64,000 nucleotides of DNA, taken from a virus. The DNA is taken from positions 3,012 through 67,011 of IMG/VR virus record IMGVR_UViG_3300031784_000026; one strand, 5' to 3'. The notes beneath the pieces are model-generated. The model was not told where the DNA came from, searched no databases, and saw nothing but the letters and a program-made list of their open reading frames with translations. Position numbers and translations under genes: made by a program. Shown here one piece after another: positions 26,582-34,669 of the stretch (positions within the stretch are counted from its first letter, which is position 1; each line of letters begins with the position of its first letter).

Positions 26582-26995
26582 TTACCGGCGCAGGGCAATG
26601 AGCCGTGATTCAAGGAAATCGAGCAAGGTCTGCCACTTTACCGGCGCGGATAACACTAAATCTGGGGTAATTTCAGGGTTTTCCACTAGATCTAGTAGCT
26701 TTGAGCATGAAAAAATTTCTACAACCTCTGCCCGTGGACGGCTGACCAAGTTGAACACGTTAGGAAAAAATGCCGCTCTCCTTGTTTGCCAAGCAATTTG
26801 GGCGGGACGCCACAAAGAGACCGGTTGGATCGCCTTGCGAGATTCTACCTTGTTTTCGAGCCAAAATTCGCCGAAAGGGGCGGCTCCGTTGACGTCTGGT
26901 ATTCCGACGCCTGCCCACGCCTCAACCCTTGTCCAATGGATCGTCTCCGTCGCTTTCTTCAAGGACTGATACATCTTCTTCTCGGTTTGGAACAA
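26582..26995 (-). CDS. VRR-NUC/Holliday junction resolvase-like PD-(D/E)XK nuclease
   Basis: RVE...GIPDV...FWLENK...RPAQIAW. Confidence 0.75.
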   Translation of the reverse strand: MFQTEKKMYQSLKKATETIHWTRVEAWAGVGIPDVNGAAPFGEFWLENKVESRKAIQPVSLWRPAQIAWQTRRAAFFPNVFNLVSRPRAEVVEIFSCSKLLDLVENPEITPDLVLSAPVKWQTLLDFLESRLIALRR

Positions 26996-27515
26996 GGTCG
27001 ATCTCCTTCGGGGGAAGCATCGCCTGCTTCAATGCAGGGTATTGCTCATGCAGTTTCTGAAGCTCGGCGAGCACCTCTTCACGGGACATCTGGTCGATCT
27101 TGCCCACAAGGATTTCAGAGCGGCTGATGTAGAGGCCTGCCGCCATGCCGCGTTGCTTCTCTGCCGCGACAGCAGGGCCAAGGGCCTTCTGTTCAATGGC
27201 GAGATCACGGATGCGAGCCAGTTGGGTGATGTGGCTCTCGTAGGTAACCTCATGCTGTTTGGCGAGGCTTTTCTCAAGCTCACGGATCCGGTCGATGACT
27301 TTGGGAAAGTCGCGACCGTTCATAAAACGAGAGGCCACGACAGCGGCGTCTTGATAGCCCGCCTTCTCTGCGGCTTCTGTCTGAGTCATGAAGCCGAAGA
27401 CGAAGTTGCGGCAAAAGTCCTCCTGCATCTGGGTCAGGCCCGACTCAAGCTTCGTCAGCTTAGTCTTGGGAGGGGCGACAGCCTTCACATAGTGGGTCTG
27501 CTTGCGATCCTTCAC
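26922..27515 (-). CDS. terS: Terminase small subunit
   Basis: LTQMQEDFCRNFV...TEAAEKAGY HTH; LARIRDLA...AVAAEKQRGMAAGLY. Confidence 0.8.
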   Translation of the reverse strand: MKDRKQTHYVKAVAPPKTKLTKLESGLTQMQEDFCRNFVFGFMTQTEAAEKAGYQDAAVVASRFMNGRDFPKVIDRIRELEKSLAKQHEVTYESHITQLARIRDLAIEQKALGPAVAAEKQRGMAAGLYISRSEILVGKIDQMSREEVLAELQKLHEQYPALKQAMLPPKEIDLVPNREEDVSVLEESDGDDPLDKG

Positions 27516-27624
27516 GATGTTCTCTTTCTGTTCTGAATTTCCCAGTAAGGCATTCTAGCCAAAGAAAAATTTTATTTCCACAGAGAAAAATCCTGTCCAC
27601 ATGCGCGGGGGGAACTTATTTGGT

Positions 27625-27878
27625 CTATCACATTTTATGATAGCTTCCTGTAAAAAAGATAGCATATTCTCTTGTATTATCAATGGGTTATCAATTCTAT
27701 CATTTCTATCATGCCGAATCCACCTTTTGTGTGTCCAAAAATTTTTTAACGCCGCGCGCGCGCAGATTCAGTTTGGAAAAACACACTTTTTTAAAATCGA
27801 CGATATTTATGATAGAAGTGATAAGGTATTTGAAATCATTCATCTTTTCCCTATCAAAGTTAACAACAAATTAGATAG
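27625..27878. other. AT-rich divergent intergenic region with dyad symmetry, candidate replication origin
   Basis: About 11 YTATCA/TGATAR/AGATAG units; 16-bp inverted repeat around (GC)5. Confidence 0.55.
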
Positions 27879-28017
27879 ACCTCACTTCCCTTATAGGCAG
27901 TTTGTCAAAGGACAGAGGACCTCTAACCACCCACCACTAACCACCCCCGCCAACAATTCCCCTCGATTTATTGGCGGCCCCCAGTTACAATCTGACCACT
28001 GCAATAGGAGGCCTGCC

Positions 28018-28206
28018 ATGACCGATCCCAAGATCTTCACCGTCTACAACCTCGTGACCTATGTGATGGAAGTAGAGGCCGCCAACGAGGACGAAGCCTT
28101 GGAGATGGCCCGCTTCTCGGACGAGAGCGAGTGGGAATTCGTGGGCGAGGACTTCGACGTGGACGACAACGCAGGCAACGAGGACGAATTCGAACTCCCG
28201 TTCTGA
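28018..28206 (+). CDS. Acidic microprotein (real start within the listed 201 aa ORF)
   Basis: AGGAGG RBS before MTDPKIF; VEAANEDEA motif. Confidence 0.75.
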   Translation: MTDPKIFTVYNLVTYVMEVEAANEDEALEMARFSDESEWEFVGEDFDVDDNAGNEDEFELPF

Positions 28207-28341
28207 CTGCCCAACACCTTAAATCTTTGTAGGCACACCCATGCGCCGGTCGCATGGCAGGTATGCGCTTGTGTGCGTTGATCCTTTGTAAACAATCTAT
28301 ATCTTGCACCCTGTTGATTTGTTCAAAGAAAGGAACATCAC

Positions 28342-28593
28342 ATGGAAATGGCAATGCACCACGAATACAACCTGACCACCAAAGACGGTCTGATCTTGGG
28401 GGTCTGGAACGAGAAGAAAACCCCGTCCCACCTCGACTACTACATTGGCCCGTTCGAGTCAGAAGAGCAGGCCAAGCAATATGCCGACGACTACACCGAG
28501 TCGTGGCGCTTGGGCTACAACGGACGTGGTCGGGCGGTAAAGCTCAACCATTCCTTCTACGTCGCCTGCACCCGTTGGACATCGTGTGACTGA
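28342..28593 (+). CDS. Hypothetical early protein
   Basis: AAGGA RBS; YIGPFESEEQA motif. Confidence 0.7.
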   Translation: MEMAMHHEYNLTTKDGLILGVWNEKKTPSHLDYYIGPFESEEQAKQYADDYTESWRLGYNGRGRAVKLNHSFYVACTRWTSCD

Positions 28594-28603
28594 GGAGGAA
28601 CCC

Positions 28604-28945
28604 ATGAACATTGAGCAACGCACAGGGATCGAGCGGAAGATCGTCAGCATGGTCATCGATGCCGCCTTCGAGCGTGGCTTCGGTATCTGGATCGACAATG
28701 GCGGGAACGACGACGAGATCATCTACTGTGGCACACCGGAAGAAGCCAAGGCTCAGATCATGCAGACCGACGAGGAGTATATCCACCTGTACAAGGCAGA
28801 GAACGACCTAAAGATTGGTTACGGGTGGGTCTGGTGTGTCTATGGCAATGACGGTTTCGACGTGATCGCCGATCACTCGACCTTCACCGTCATCGACGAG
28901 ATCATGAACCCCATCAACGACCTGATCGAGAAAGGACAGATCTGA
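28604..28945 (+). CDS. Hypothetical early protein
   Basis: GAGGAGG RBS; GWVWCVYGNDGFDVIAD. Confidence 0.75.
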   Translation: MNIEQRTGIERKIVSMVIDAAFERGFGIWIDNGGNDDEIIYCGTPEEAKAQIMQTDEEYIHLYKAENDLKIGYGWVWCVYGNDGFDVIADHSTFTVIDEIMNPINDLIEKGQI

Positions 28946-29106
28946 TGGCCCAGTATTTGGTAACCCTCGCCTCCTACAAGTCCATTCTTGTGGAGGCTGA
29001 GGGGGAGATGTCTGCGCGGGAAGTTGCAGGCAAGATCCCAGAGACGGAATGGCAAGAGGACGAGCTTCTTTTGTTCGTTGAACCTTATGACCCCGAAGAG
29101 GAGTGA
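28945..29106 (+). CDS. 53 aa acidic microprotein (not in ORF track)
   Basis: MAQYLVTLASYKSILVEAEGEMSAREVAGKIPETEWQEDELLLFVEPYDPEEE; TGATG coupling. Confidence 0.65.
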   Translation: MAQYLVTLASYKSILVEAEGEMSAREVAGKIPETEWQEDELLLFVEPYDPEEE

Positions 29107-29110
29107 CCCC

Positions 29111-29350
29111 ATGTCACGCGAGATCCACGTTTTTAGTGCCGTTTGTTACACAAACTACGTTGACGCCAAGGAGTCGGGGGGCATCTATGCCTACGACGTC
29201 AGCCACGCAGACGACTCGGACAATTTGAGAAAGGGCCTGCTCTACGAGGCGATTCTCGCCATGCAGACCGCCTTGTCCTGTGTCGGACATATGGGCGACC
29301 TGTCTTTCGCGTTGGTCGAAGACGGCAAGATCATAGACTACTGGCGATAG
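29111..29350 (+). CDS. Hypothetical early protein
   Basis: GAGGAG RBS before MSREIHVF. Confidence 0.65.
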   Translation: MSREIHVFSAVCYTNYVDAKESGGIYAYDVSHADDSDNLRKGLLYEAILAMQTALSCVGHMGDLSFALVEDGKIIDYWR

Positions 29351-29359
29351 GAGGAACCC

Positions 29360-29539
29360 ATGAAGATCAAATACATCTGCACCCGTTGCAAGTCTGACCG
29401 CGTCGGGCAGGACGCCTTCTGCGATTGGAATGTCGAAAAACAAACGTGGGAGATCGCCAACTTCACAGGCGAGGCCTTCTGCCACGATTGCTCTGACAAC
29501 ACAGAGCTTGTGGAAGTCCAGATCGAACCGGAGAACTGA
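29360..29539 (+). CDS. Zn-ribbon microprotein (not in ORF track)
   Basis: MKIKYICTRCKSD...AFCHDCSDNTELVEV; AGGAGG RBS. Confidence 0.7.
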   Translation: MKIKYICTRCKSDRVGQDAFCDWNVEKQTWEIANFTGEAFCHDCSDNTELVEVQIEPEN

Positions 29540-29540
29540 C

Positions 29541-29801
29541 ATGATCTTTACTGTTGGACAATTGCGTGAATCCTTGAAGGACTTGGCTGATTGGGCGGAA
29601 GTCTACGTTTGGGATGACGGAGACCGCCATGTGATTGAATCCGTGGACAAACTGCATGTAGGCCATGTTGATTTGAATATATGCCACGTTGATCTTAACG
29701 CGAGGTCAAACTCTACGGATGAAATTAACCGGTTGCGGGAAGAACTCCATGAGCTGAGAATAACAATGGGGTTCATCCGCAAGCTTTCAGAGGACGCCTG
29801 A
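29541..29801 (+). CDS. Hypothetical protein
   Basis: MIFTVGQLRESL; GGAG RBS. Confidence 0.65.
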   Translation: MIFTVGQLRESLKDLADWAEVYVWDDGDRHVIESVDKLHVGHVDLNICHVDLNARSNSTDEINRLREELHELRITMGFIRKLSEDA

Positions 29802-29802
29802 G

Positions 29803-30132
29803 ATGCCAAAAGCCTATTGCGTGACCGGTTTAGAACGCCCTGTATGGGTCTCGAGCGAAGTCAAGGCCCGACAGATGATAAAGGACAGAGGTCAGGGAAC
29901 AGTCATCCCTTTTGATATTCCAACCAGATTGTCGGACCTACTTGACTGGCTCAACACCCTTGATCTCACAAATCCTGTGGCCTCAGATAAACCACCAGTT
30001 GACAGAGGACAACAGAAAGTAGACACTGCGTCGTGGCCTGACGATATTATTGATTTACAAAAGCGTGTAATCGAACGACTACAGGAGCAGTTGGACCTGT
30101 TCCAAAGCCATGAACCTAAGAAAGGGAAGTAA
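29803..30132 (+). CDS. Hypothetical protein
   Basis: Tightly packed ORF with RBS. Confidence 0.6.
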   Translation: MPKAYCVTGLERPVWVSSEVKARQMIKDRGQGTVIPFDIPTRLSDLLDWLNTLDLTNPVASDKPPVDRGQQKVDTASWPDDIIDLQKRVIERLQEQLDLFQSHEPKKGK

Positions 30133-30317
30133 TGGAAGAGCTTAAAGAGATTGCGGTGATCGTTGTCAGCACATGGGCGGCGGTCGAAGTCCTCAAACAA
30201 TTTATTCGTGCTTGGGAAAACTACTACACCGATTGGTATCGCAGAGAATACAGCAACCTTACAGACGTCATCGAACAGATAACGAAGTCAGAACTTCCAA
30301 AGAAAGGGGCGAAGTAA
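30132..30317 (+). CDS. Small protein with N-terminal hydrophobic segment
   Basis: TAATG coupling. Confidence 0.55.
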   Translation: MEELKEIAVIVVSTWAAVEVLKQFIRAWENYYTDWYRREYSNLTDVIEQITKSELPKKGAK

Positions 30318-30318
30318 T

Positions 30319-30549
30319 ATGGACAAGTATCAAGCTACAAATTTCCTCGTGTCTCGTAGCCTTGAGGTCAGCGCGTTGTGTCTGACGTCTGCTGACAAGG
30401 CTTTCCTGAGCATTGTGTTGGATGGGTATCGTGTGGAGATGGAGCGTGCGCTTGCAGATCCCTCGATGCCTTCCCGCACTCGCGAATTCATCTTGAAAGA
30501 AGTCGCAGACTCAAAGCGTTTATCCAAGCTGATGGTAGGTGACCAATGA
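30319..30549 (+). CDS. Hypothetical protein
   Basis: Tightly packed ORF. Confidence 0.55.
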   Translation: MDKYQATNFLVSRSLEVSALCLTSADKAFLSIVLDGYRVEMERALADPSMPSRTREFILKEVADSKRLSKLMVGDQ

Positions 30550-30785
30550 CAGAGGACAGAAGCAAATCAAGAAAGCTTCTCGATAAGCTTGCCGATCTCA
30601 TGAACGGCTATCTTAATGAGGCAACGACCGATGAAGAGAGGGAGGCCGCAATTGCTACGGGTCTTCAGACTCTTGTGAATTTCGCGATCCTGTCGTCTTG
30701 CACGGCAGGTCTTACAGAAGACGAGATGCACGATGTCGTGCATGAGATTTACTCGATGTACAATGAAGGTAGAGCAGATGACTAA
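30546..30785 (+). CDS. Hypothetical protein
   Basis: ATGA coupling. Confidence 0.55.
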   Translation: MTEDRSKSRKLLDKLADLMNGYLNEATTDEEREAAIATGLQTLVNFAILSSCTAGLTEDEMHDVVHEIYSMYNEGRADD

Positions 30786-31167
30786 AGAAGAATTGGAACG
30801 GCTTGTTCGAGCGTATGAGGAAGAACTGGATTATTACCGTAGCTTGTTTTCGGTGGATCAATTCAGCTCTCGCCTCAAGGATTACTTCAATCTCACCGAT
30901 CAGTTGGCGGCGGCGTTGAAGCTTTTCTTGGACTCAGGCCGCGTGTCGAACGAGGCTTTGACAAAGACCGCAGAACTCTTTGGCAAGAAGGCAGAGCACG
31001 ATGCAGACTACTCAAAGATTGTTGTCTGGCGCTTGCGTAAGGCTCTCGAAGACTACGGCTTTGTGATCGAGAACAGTTATGGTTGGGGCTACCGCATGGA
31101 TCCCGATCAAGTGAAAGAGCTGAAGGATATCGTGAACAACAAGAAGAAAGGGAAGAAGTCTAAATGA
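30778..31167 (+). CDS. OmpR/CtrA-type winged-helix DNA-binding protein without receiver domain
   Basis: KIVVWRLRKAL...IENSYGWGYRM matches the trans_reg_C recognition helix and wing. Confidence 0.7.
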   Translation: MTKEELERLVRAYEEELDYYRSLFSVDQFSSRLKDYFNLTDQLAAALKLFLDSGRVSNEALTKTAELFGKKAEHDADYSKIVVWRLRKALEDYGFVIENSYGWGYRMDPDQVKELKDIVNNKKKGKKSK

Positions 31168-31688
31168 CCGTATCCTACATTGATAACTACAAAACGATCC
31201 GCAACAAGTTTCGCCCGCCGGTGAGGCCTGTCGTGATTCAAAGGACAGAGGTCAAAGAACAACCCGCACCTGTCGTTGTACTTGAGCCAGAGCAGATCGA
31301 AGAGCTTCCGGAGATCGAGCGTTGGGCGCGATATGGTTCGGGCGACAAGAACTATCGCGACATGATGAGTGACGCGAGAACACTTCGCACCGAAGCAGAG
31401 AAGCGTGGCATCAGCTTCTATACCAAACTCATGGAAGGTATGCCGACCGTATCGAACCGCCTGAAGCTTGCGACGGTGGTCGTGCTTGAGGAATACGCGA
31501 TTGATTGGAAGACACTGTTTGACAAGGACCGGTCTCGTTTCAAGACAGCGATACGGTGGAAGGTCTTTGACGCATTGCGCGAAGAGGGCCTGTCGTTTTT
31601 AGAAATCGCCAGACTTTGTGATGTGGATCACACGTCGGTGATGCACGGTCTTAAGAGAATTAGGGGAGAGTACAATGTCGGACGTTAA
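31164..31688 (+). CDS. Protein with DnaA domain IV-like HTH
   Basis: GLSFLEIARLCDVDHTSVMHGLKRI resembles DnaA SLxxIGxxFxxRDHTTVxHA. Confidence 0.7.
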   Translation: MTVSYIDNYKTIRNKFRPPVRPVVIQRTEVKEQPAPVVVLEPEQIEELPEIERWARYGSGDKNYRDMMSDARTLRTEAEKRGISFYTKLMEGMPTVSNRLKLATVVVLEEYAIDWKTLFDKDRSRFKTAIRWKVFDALREEGLSFLEIARLCDVDHTSVMHGLKRIRGEYNVGR

Positions 31689-32055
31689 GAAGATCTTGGG
31701 CGAGCGCGAGAAGACACACGGTAGCTTTGCGGATGTTGCGGCGATGAGTCAGCAGTTGAAGACAGCAATGAGCATGTCGAAGAACTGGCTTGTGTTGAAT
31801 GCGGCACAGCGCGAGGCGCTTGAACAGATCGCCATGAAGATCGCACGGGTTCTGTCCGGTGATCGCAACTACCGTGACCACTGGGAAGACATTGGTGGCT
31901 ACGCAAAGCTTGGCGAAGAGTGGTCGAACACGTCGCTTCATACCGTGCAGAAGGAGTTGGCTGAGGCAGGGATGCCAACCGTAGGTGAGATCAACTTTGT
32001 CGGCGCGGAAGGTAAAGAAGAGAAGGCTCCGGTCTTGGCGATCTTCAAGAAATGA
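31675..32055 (+). CDS. DUF6378-like protein
   Basis: ILGEREKTHG...KIARVLSGD...DHWEDIGGYA. Confidence 0.75.
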   Translation: MSDVKKILGEREKTHGSFADVAAMSQQLKTAMSMSKNWLVLNAAQREALEQIAMKIARVLSGDRNYRDHWEDIGGYAKLGEEWSNTSLHTVQKELAEAGMPTVGEINFVGAEGKEEKAPVLAIFKK

Positions 32056-32145
32056 GTCATGAATGGATAGTCTTTGTGGTGTGCGAGACCGTCATGGTCT
32101 TGTGCATCGCAATGATCCTAATTGGTCGCTACACAGGAGGGCCAC

Positions 32146-32391
32146 ATGGACGTAACGATGTGTAAGGGGGCAGATGAGGGATGTCCGTTGGCGGAGACGT
32201 GTTATCGATCCCCTGCCAGTGGGAAGGAGCCAGACCCGACTTATCAGTCTTGGTTCATAGACCCGCCGTTCTGGCGGTCTTGGCAGAACGGGAACCTAAG
32301 CATTTCCTGCGATGAGTACTGGGAAGTCCGTAAGAAAGGGGCAAGCAATGGCATTCAAGGAAACAAAGATACTGAGGGAACTAGCGGCTGA
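32146..32391 (+). CDS. Small Cys-rich protein
   Basis: MDVTMCKG...CPL..TCYR...CDEYW; AGGAGG RBS. Confidence 0.7.
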   Translation: MDVTMCKGADEGCPLAETCYRSPASGKEPDPTYQSWFIDPPFWRSWQNGNLSISCDEYWEVRKKGASNGIQGNKDTEGTSG

Positions 32392-32590
32392 TACGGGCCT
32401 GACCTTTTTAGGAATGCATACCAAAAGCAAACACGACTGGGCTTCCTTCCGGAATAGTGATGGGGTAGTCTTACTCCATCCAATATCAAGGGCTGATGGC
32501 ATATCAGGACGTGACGTCATGAACATGCGCGGTCAGTTTAAAAGGTTTGCCCGTGGTCAGGTTCATGGGCTGAAGATAATTAAGTCGTAG
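32348..32590 (+). CDS. Hypothetical basic protein
   Basis: AAGGGG RBS before MAFKETK. Confidence 0.55.
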   Translation: MAFKETKILRELAADTGLTFLGMHTKSKHDWASFRNSDGVVLLHPISRADGISGRDVMNMRGQFKRFARGQVHGLKIIKS

Positions 32591-32602
32591 AAAGATAAAC
32601 CC

Positions 32603-32743
32603 GTGGGTTACAAACTGATCATAGCGATGGCGGTGTTCGACCTACTTGTCGCAATATCGTTTCTGTATGAGGAGAAGTACCCGTGGGCTATCATCTTTTT
32701 CTGTGCAACCATAAGTAACATCGCATCATTGTGGCTTTTATGA
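32603..32743 (+). CDS. Two-TM microprotein (not in ORF track)
   Basis: MGYKLIIAMAVFDLLVAISFLYEEKYPWAIIFFCATISNIASLWLL; ATGA overlap with the next gene. Confidence 0.5.
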   Translation: MGYKLIIAMAVFDLLVAISFLYEEKYPWAIIFFCATISNIASLWLL

Positions 32744-33390
32744 AACCGGCAATTGCCATCTTCCGACACGATCCAGAATGTTCCCAAGAGTGTATCGATG
32801 GGATGGTCGAAGCTTTATCTGGTGACTTCAAGATCAAGACTTTTGATGAGACAGAGTTTCATGCCAACACCTTTGACGAGATCGACATCGTCGCTTTTGG
32901 TGGCGGGATTGGAGATGCTCGTCGCTACTACGATTTCTTCAAACGGAGGGAGGGCAACGCCGTCGCTGACTTTGTTGCCAATGGTGGCAAATACTTAGGG
33001 ATCTGTATGGGCGCTTACTGGGCGGGGCGGGACTACTTTGATCTGCTTACCAACCTCGAGCCTGTGCAGTACATCAAGCGACCAACGGCAGATGTTAAAC
33101 GATCCTACGCAACTGTCGCGCCGGTCGATTGGCAGGGGAAAAAGGACACCATGTTCTTTTACGATGGTTGCACATACGAGGGAGAAGGCCGTTGTCAGAC
33201 GATAGCTCGCTATGCTAATGACGATCCTATGGCGATCATTCAAGGCCGCGTTGGTTTGATTGGTTGTCACCCAGAAAGTTTAGAGTCGTGGTATCAAGGT
33301 AGGTACAAGTACATCAATAAGCATTGGCACGAGGGTCGCCATCATGACCTTCTTGTTTCATTCACAAAGAGATTGTTGAGGCAGAAATGA
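32740..33390 (+). CDS. BPL_N / class I glutamine-amidotransferase-fold protein
   Basis: FGGG, GGKYLGICMGAY nucleophile elbow, GCHPE. Confidence 0.8.
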   Translation: MKPAIAIFRHDPECSQECIDGMVEALSGDFKIKTFDETEFHANTFDEIDIVAFGGGIGDARRYYDFFKRREGNAVADFVANGGKYLGICMGAYWAGRDYFDLLTNLEPVQYIKRPTADVKRSYATVAPVDWQGKKDTMFFYDGCTYEGEGRCQTIARYANDDPMAIIQGRVGLIGCHPESLESWYQGRYKYINKHWHEGRHHDLLVSFTKRLLRQK

Positions 33391-33590
33391 ACACCGAAGA
33401 AGAGCTGAAAGAAAACCTTTTTCAAGTGATGAAAAAGTACCATAAAGTAACTGCTGAACTATCCTCTATAGATATGAGGTCAGCGCAGTTGAAATACGAA
33501 AAAAGTAAGATAGAAAATGAACGTGTTTCTATTGAGCGTTCTCTGGAAACTTATTTTAGGAAGTTGAATGAAGACGATCATTCACGTTAA
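33387..33590 (+). CDS. Coiled-coil small protein
   Basis: ATGA coupling. Confidence 0.55.
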   Translation: MNTEEELKENLFQVMKKYHKVTAELSSIDMRSAQLKYEKSKIENERVSIERSLETYFRKLNEDDHSR

Positions 33591-33819
33591 CCAACACATC
33601 ATCAAGAAGAACGCCAAGACAAAGGGCAGAGATCCTGTGTTGACAGTCAAGACATACAAGTCAAATACCTATGCCCATGAGGTTCGCATCAAGGGTGAGT
33701 CGCGAGTGGTTTACTCTGCGGATGAGCCACTCTCATGCGGTGCCCGTGTGTGGATCGAAACGAATGCGCCGGTTGAAACTATAGTGTGGAATGAAAACGA
33801 TGACAGGGTTCAGGAGTAA
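33568..33819 (+). CDS. Conserved phage protein
   Basis: IHVNQHII..N...PVLTVK...PLSCGARVWIET. Confidence 0.75.
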   Translation: MKTIIHVNQHIIKKNAKTKGRDPVLTVKTYKSNTYAHEVRIKGESRVVYSADEPLSCGARVWIETNAPVETIVWNENDDRVQE

Positions 33820-33826
33820 AAGACAA

Positions 33827-34087
33827 ATGGCAGAGGTCAGATGGCTGGGGCCATATGCCCCAGAAGAAAGGCACGCAGACAACGAGACGCTTGAGCACAT
33901 CATCGCGCTTCGTAAGATGTTGGCTATGGCAGAACAACAACGAGACAATGCTCTCGATGCGGCGGTGGCGTCGATCCACAAGGAACGCGTGTTTCGTTAT
34001 GCATTGAACGAGATCCATGCGGCATCGACAGACGATCTTATCAAACGTCTTGTTACTAAGACTTTTGAAACGGTGAATGATTTATGA
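33827..34087 (+). CDS. Hypothetical protein
   Basis: AGGAG RBS before MAEVRW. Confidence 0.55.
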   Translation: MAEVRWLGPYAPEERHADNETLEHIIALRKMLAMAEQQRDNALDAAVASIHKERVFRYALNEIHAASTDDLIKRLVTKTFETVNDL

Positions 34088-34222
34088 GAAAGATCATCCG
34101 ATACGAGAAGCACGGCGACGAACTCGTTGCCTTGTGTGAAGACGACAACGGTGACCGTTGGTATATACTTATCAGCAAAGGTGGTAAGTTTACTTTTTAA
34201 ATCTCTTAGAAAGGAAAGAGAC

Positions 34223-34669
34223 ATGATGTACTACGATCCAAAACAAATGGAGCCCATTGATGATATGGTTTACTCCATTGAACCTGATGCAGAAACTATT
34301 CTTAAGAAAGCTATAGACATTTACAAGGAACAATTCCTTACGGTTAAGGAACAAGAAAAAACAATTCGCGTTCTCAAGGCAACGATTGATTTCATAACCA
34401 ATGAAACCGTAATTTTGAGAAGGAAATACAAGTCCCTTATGGGGGAAAAGGTAGAAACCTTCGAGAAGTCAATTGAAGAGCTTGAGCTTAGCACTCGTGT
34501 TTACAATGTTTTTTTGAACATGAATGTTAAGACTTTAGGAGATGTGTACGTTCTTAAGAAGAGCGAACTTTTACGGCAACCAAACTTTGGCGTAACGTCT
34601 CTTAGGGAAGTGAAAGAACTCATGAAGTTGCATGGGCTAACCGATTGGGGATACGAGGAACAACGGTAA
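34223..34669 (+). CDS. Coiled-coil + RNA polymerase alpha-CTD-like protein
   Basis: SIEELELSTRVYNVF...TLGDV....SELLRQPNFGVTSLREVKELM. Confidence 0.85.
   Translation: MMYYDPKQMEPIDDMVYSIEPDAETILKKAIDIYKEQFLTVKEQEKTIRVLKATIDFITNETVILRRKYKSLMGEKVETFEKSIEELELSTRVYNVFLNMNVKTLGDVYVLKKSELLRQPNFGVTSLREVKELMKLHGLTDWGYEEQR

Larger units (their letters stand above)
24476..26646 (+). repeat. Dispersed 12-bp repeat ACTTTACCGGCG (10 perfect + 1 near-perfect copies)
   Basis: Starts at 24476, 24674, 24693, 25067, 25283, 25302, 26085, 26105, 26579, 26635; 11/12 copy at 25841; inverted 9-bp part at 26562-26570. Confidence 0.95.

Noticed and set aside
24476-26646. CRISPR array or integron attC array
   Set aside because: The repeat is only 12 bp and non-palindromic, spacing is irregular (19 to over 500 bp), intervals contain genes, and no cas or integrase gene is present.
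27601-28017. N-terminal part of the listed 201 aa ORF and the 63 aa ORF at 27683
   Set aside because: AT-rich repeat-laden DNA without an RBS; the strong RBS lies before ATG 28018.
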